Assembly (NCBI RefSeq): GCF_006345805.1
Contig: NC_043015.1
Location: forward strand, 39,866,001 to 39,930,000
Source: Octopus sinensis
Lineage: Eukaryota
Direction: 5' to 3'
DNA: 64,000 bases
Part shown: positions 62,658 to 64,000 of the stretch, one piece after another
Position numbering within the stretch: the first letter of the stretch is position 1
Layout: every line of letters starts with the position of its first letter
Translations under genes and position numbers: made by a program
Notes under the pieces: model-generated
Database searches by the model: none
The model's input: only the letters and a program-made list of their open reading frames with translations
Told to the model about the DNA's origin: nothing

Positions 62658-63584
62658 CACCCCTCCACACAGACAAATACACATATTATTAAAACACACA
62701 CACAAACACTTCCATGGAAACACATACTCAGATGCATACATGCACACGTACATAAACAAATACACACACACACACATGTGCTTATGAATAATTTAGCGTT
62801 ACTGTTAATGATTTCCAAAGCTGAAGAGGTGTCTAATGTCCTGGAGTTAGGATGGGGTGTTAAGTGGGTGGAAGGTGTCAGAGTAGGGTGGTGGTGGTGG
62901 TAGATTGCATTTATAGTAGAGGAATGTCTCAGTGGTATGGTCATATGATGGTGGGTTAATTATGAAAGTTAATGAGTAAAAAGTGTTTGTTAGTAAACAG
63001 GATGTTTAGAGTAGAAAGAAAAGCAATGATGTATGCACCCTAGAAGTGTATACACCCTACAATGTATACAAACTGCAAGCAATGGCAGTATAATGTATAT
63101 GGGCAGACTCAATACAGGTTCAGACATGGCTGCGTGATTGAAAAGTCCATTTCCCAATCAGGGTGTCTGGGTTCAGTCCCCTTGCATGGCACCTTGAGCA
63201 AGTGTCTTCTACTAGGGACCCCATCGGTAGGCAAAAACAGAAAGAAGACCATTGTTGTGTGTGTGCCTCTTTCATCATGCTGTTAAAGCAACATGGAATA
63301 AGTAATCCTTTTCTTGAATTAGTAAGGGTTAGAGACAGGGAGGGCATCCACTAGTAAAACAAAGCTTCGATAATGCATTCATCTAACCCATGCAAGCATA
63401 GAGAAATGGATGTAAAAATGAATAGAAACACACACACACACACTGTAACCTGGTGCAGCTCCCCAGCTTGCCAGCTCTGGTCACAACATCCAACCCATGC
63501 CAGCATAGACAACAGACATTAAATGATGAAGGACGATACACACACACACACACACACACTTGTATAGATATGTGTGTGTGTGTG

Positions 63585-63890
63585 CACGTAAAATCACCAT
63601 TTGAGCATGGTCATTGCCAGTGCCGCTGGACTGCCTCCTGTGCAGGTGGCACATAAAAAGCACCATTTGAGTGTGAGTGATGCCAGTACTACCTGACTGG
63701 CCCTTGTGCCAGTGGCACCTAAAAACACCCGCTACTCTCTTGGAGTGGTTGGCATTAGGAAGGGCATCCAACTGTAGAAACTTTACCAGATCAAACTGGA
63801 GCCTGGTGCAGCCTTTTGGCACACCAGCCCTCAGTCAAACCATCCAACCCATGCCAGCATAGAAAGTGGACGTTAAACGACAATGATGAT
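63585..63890 (+). mobile_element. Long family C copy
   Basis: Similarity to the 60822 copy. Confidence 0.78.
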
Positions 63891-63896
63891 ATATAT

Positions 63897-63938
<42 letters not shown>

Positions 63939-64000
63939 TGATCAGAATATGTGGGTTCAATCCCTGAACAAATGTCTTGTTTTCATAAGTTTTGAATAAA

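Noticed and set aside
51757-64000. Search for the large upstream glypican exon
   Set aside because: No frame with glypican N-lobe motifs was seen; the region appears to be part of an intron longer than 12 kb.

Overview
Eukaryotic (animal) genomic DNA. It is AT-rich and dense in microsatellites, SINEs, LINEs and MITEs; the repeat families point to an octopus (inference). There is a 100-N scaffold gap at 5244-5343. Two spliced genes lie tail-to-tail. (1) On +, the 3' part of a DOCK9/10/11 (Zizimin, DOCK-D) Cdc42 GEF: eight frame-consistent GT-AG exons (6762-14649) encode the DHR-2 domain, and a probable terminal exon at 24642-24743 ends in STV*. (2) On -, the 3' part of a dally-like (GPC1/2/4/6-class) glypican: five exons (51756 down to 40996) include the Ser-Gly heparan-sulfate cluster and the GPI signal. 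The 5' parts of both genes were not found in the window. The rest is introns, probable long 3' UTRs and transposon debris (tRNA-derived SINEs, RTE LINE fragments, Tc1/mariner remnants, TTAA MITEs, Helitron-like elements, foldback hairpins). I found no CRISPR, rRNA or real tRNA gene, and no clearly novel protein system. The best leads are the DOCK-D/glypican linkage matching three vertebrate paralogons, candidate alternative DOCK last exons, a tandem array of duplicated splice donors, a VHAGP variant of the GEF nucleotide-sensor loop, a triple CCAAT module, a GTAC motif cluster and a hairpin element whose arms vary in concert. Everything was read by eye without searches. Exon boundaries were checked for phase; repeat boundaries are approximate (about +/-20 bp).
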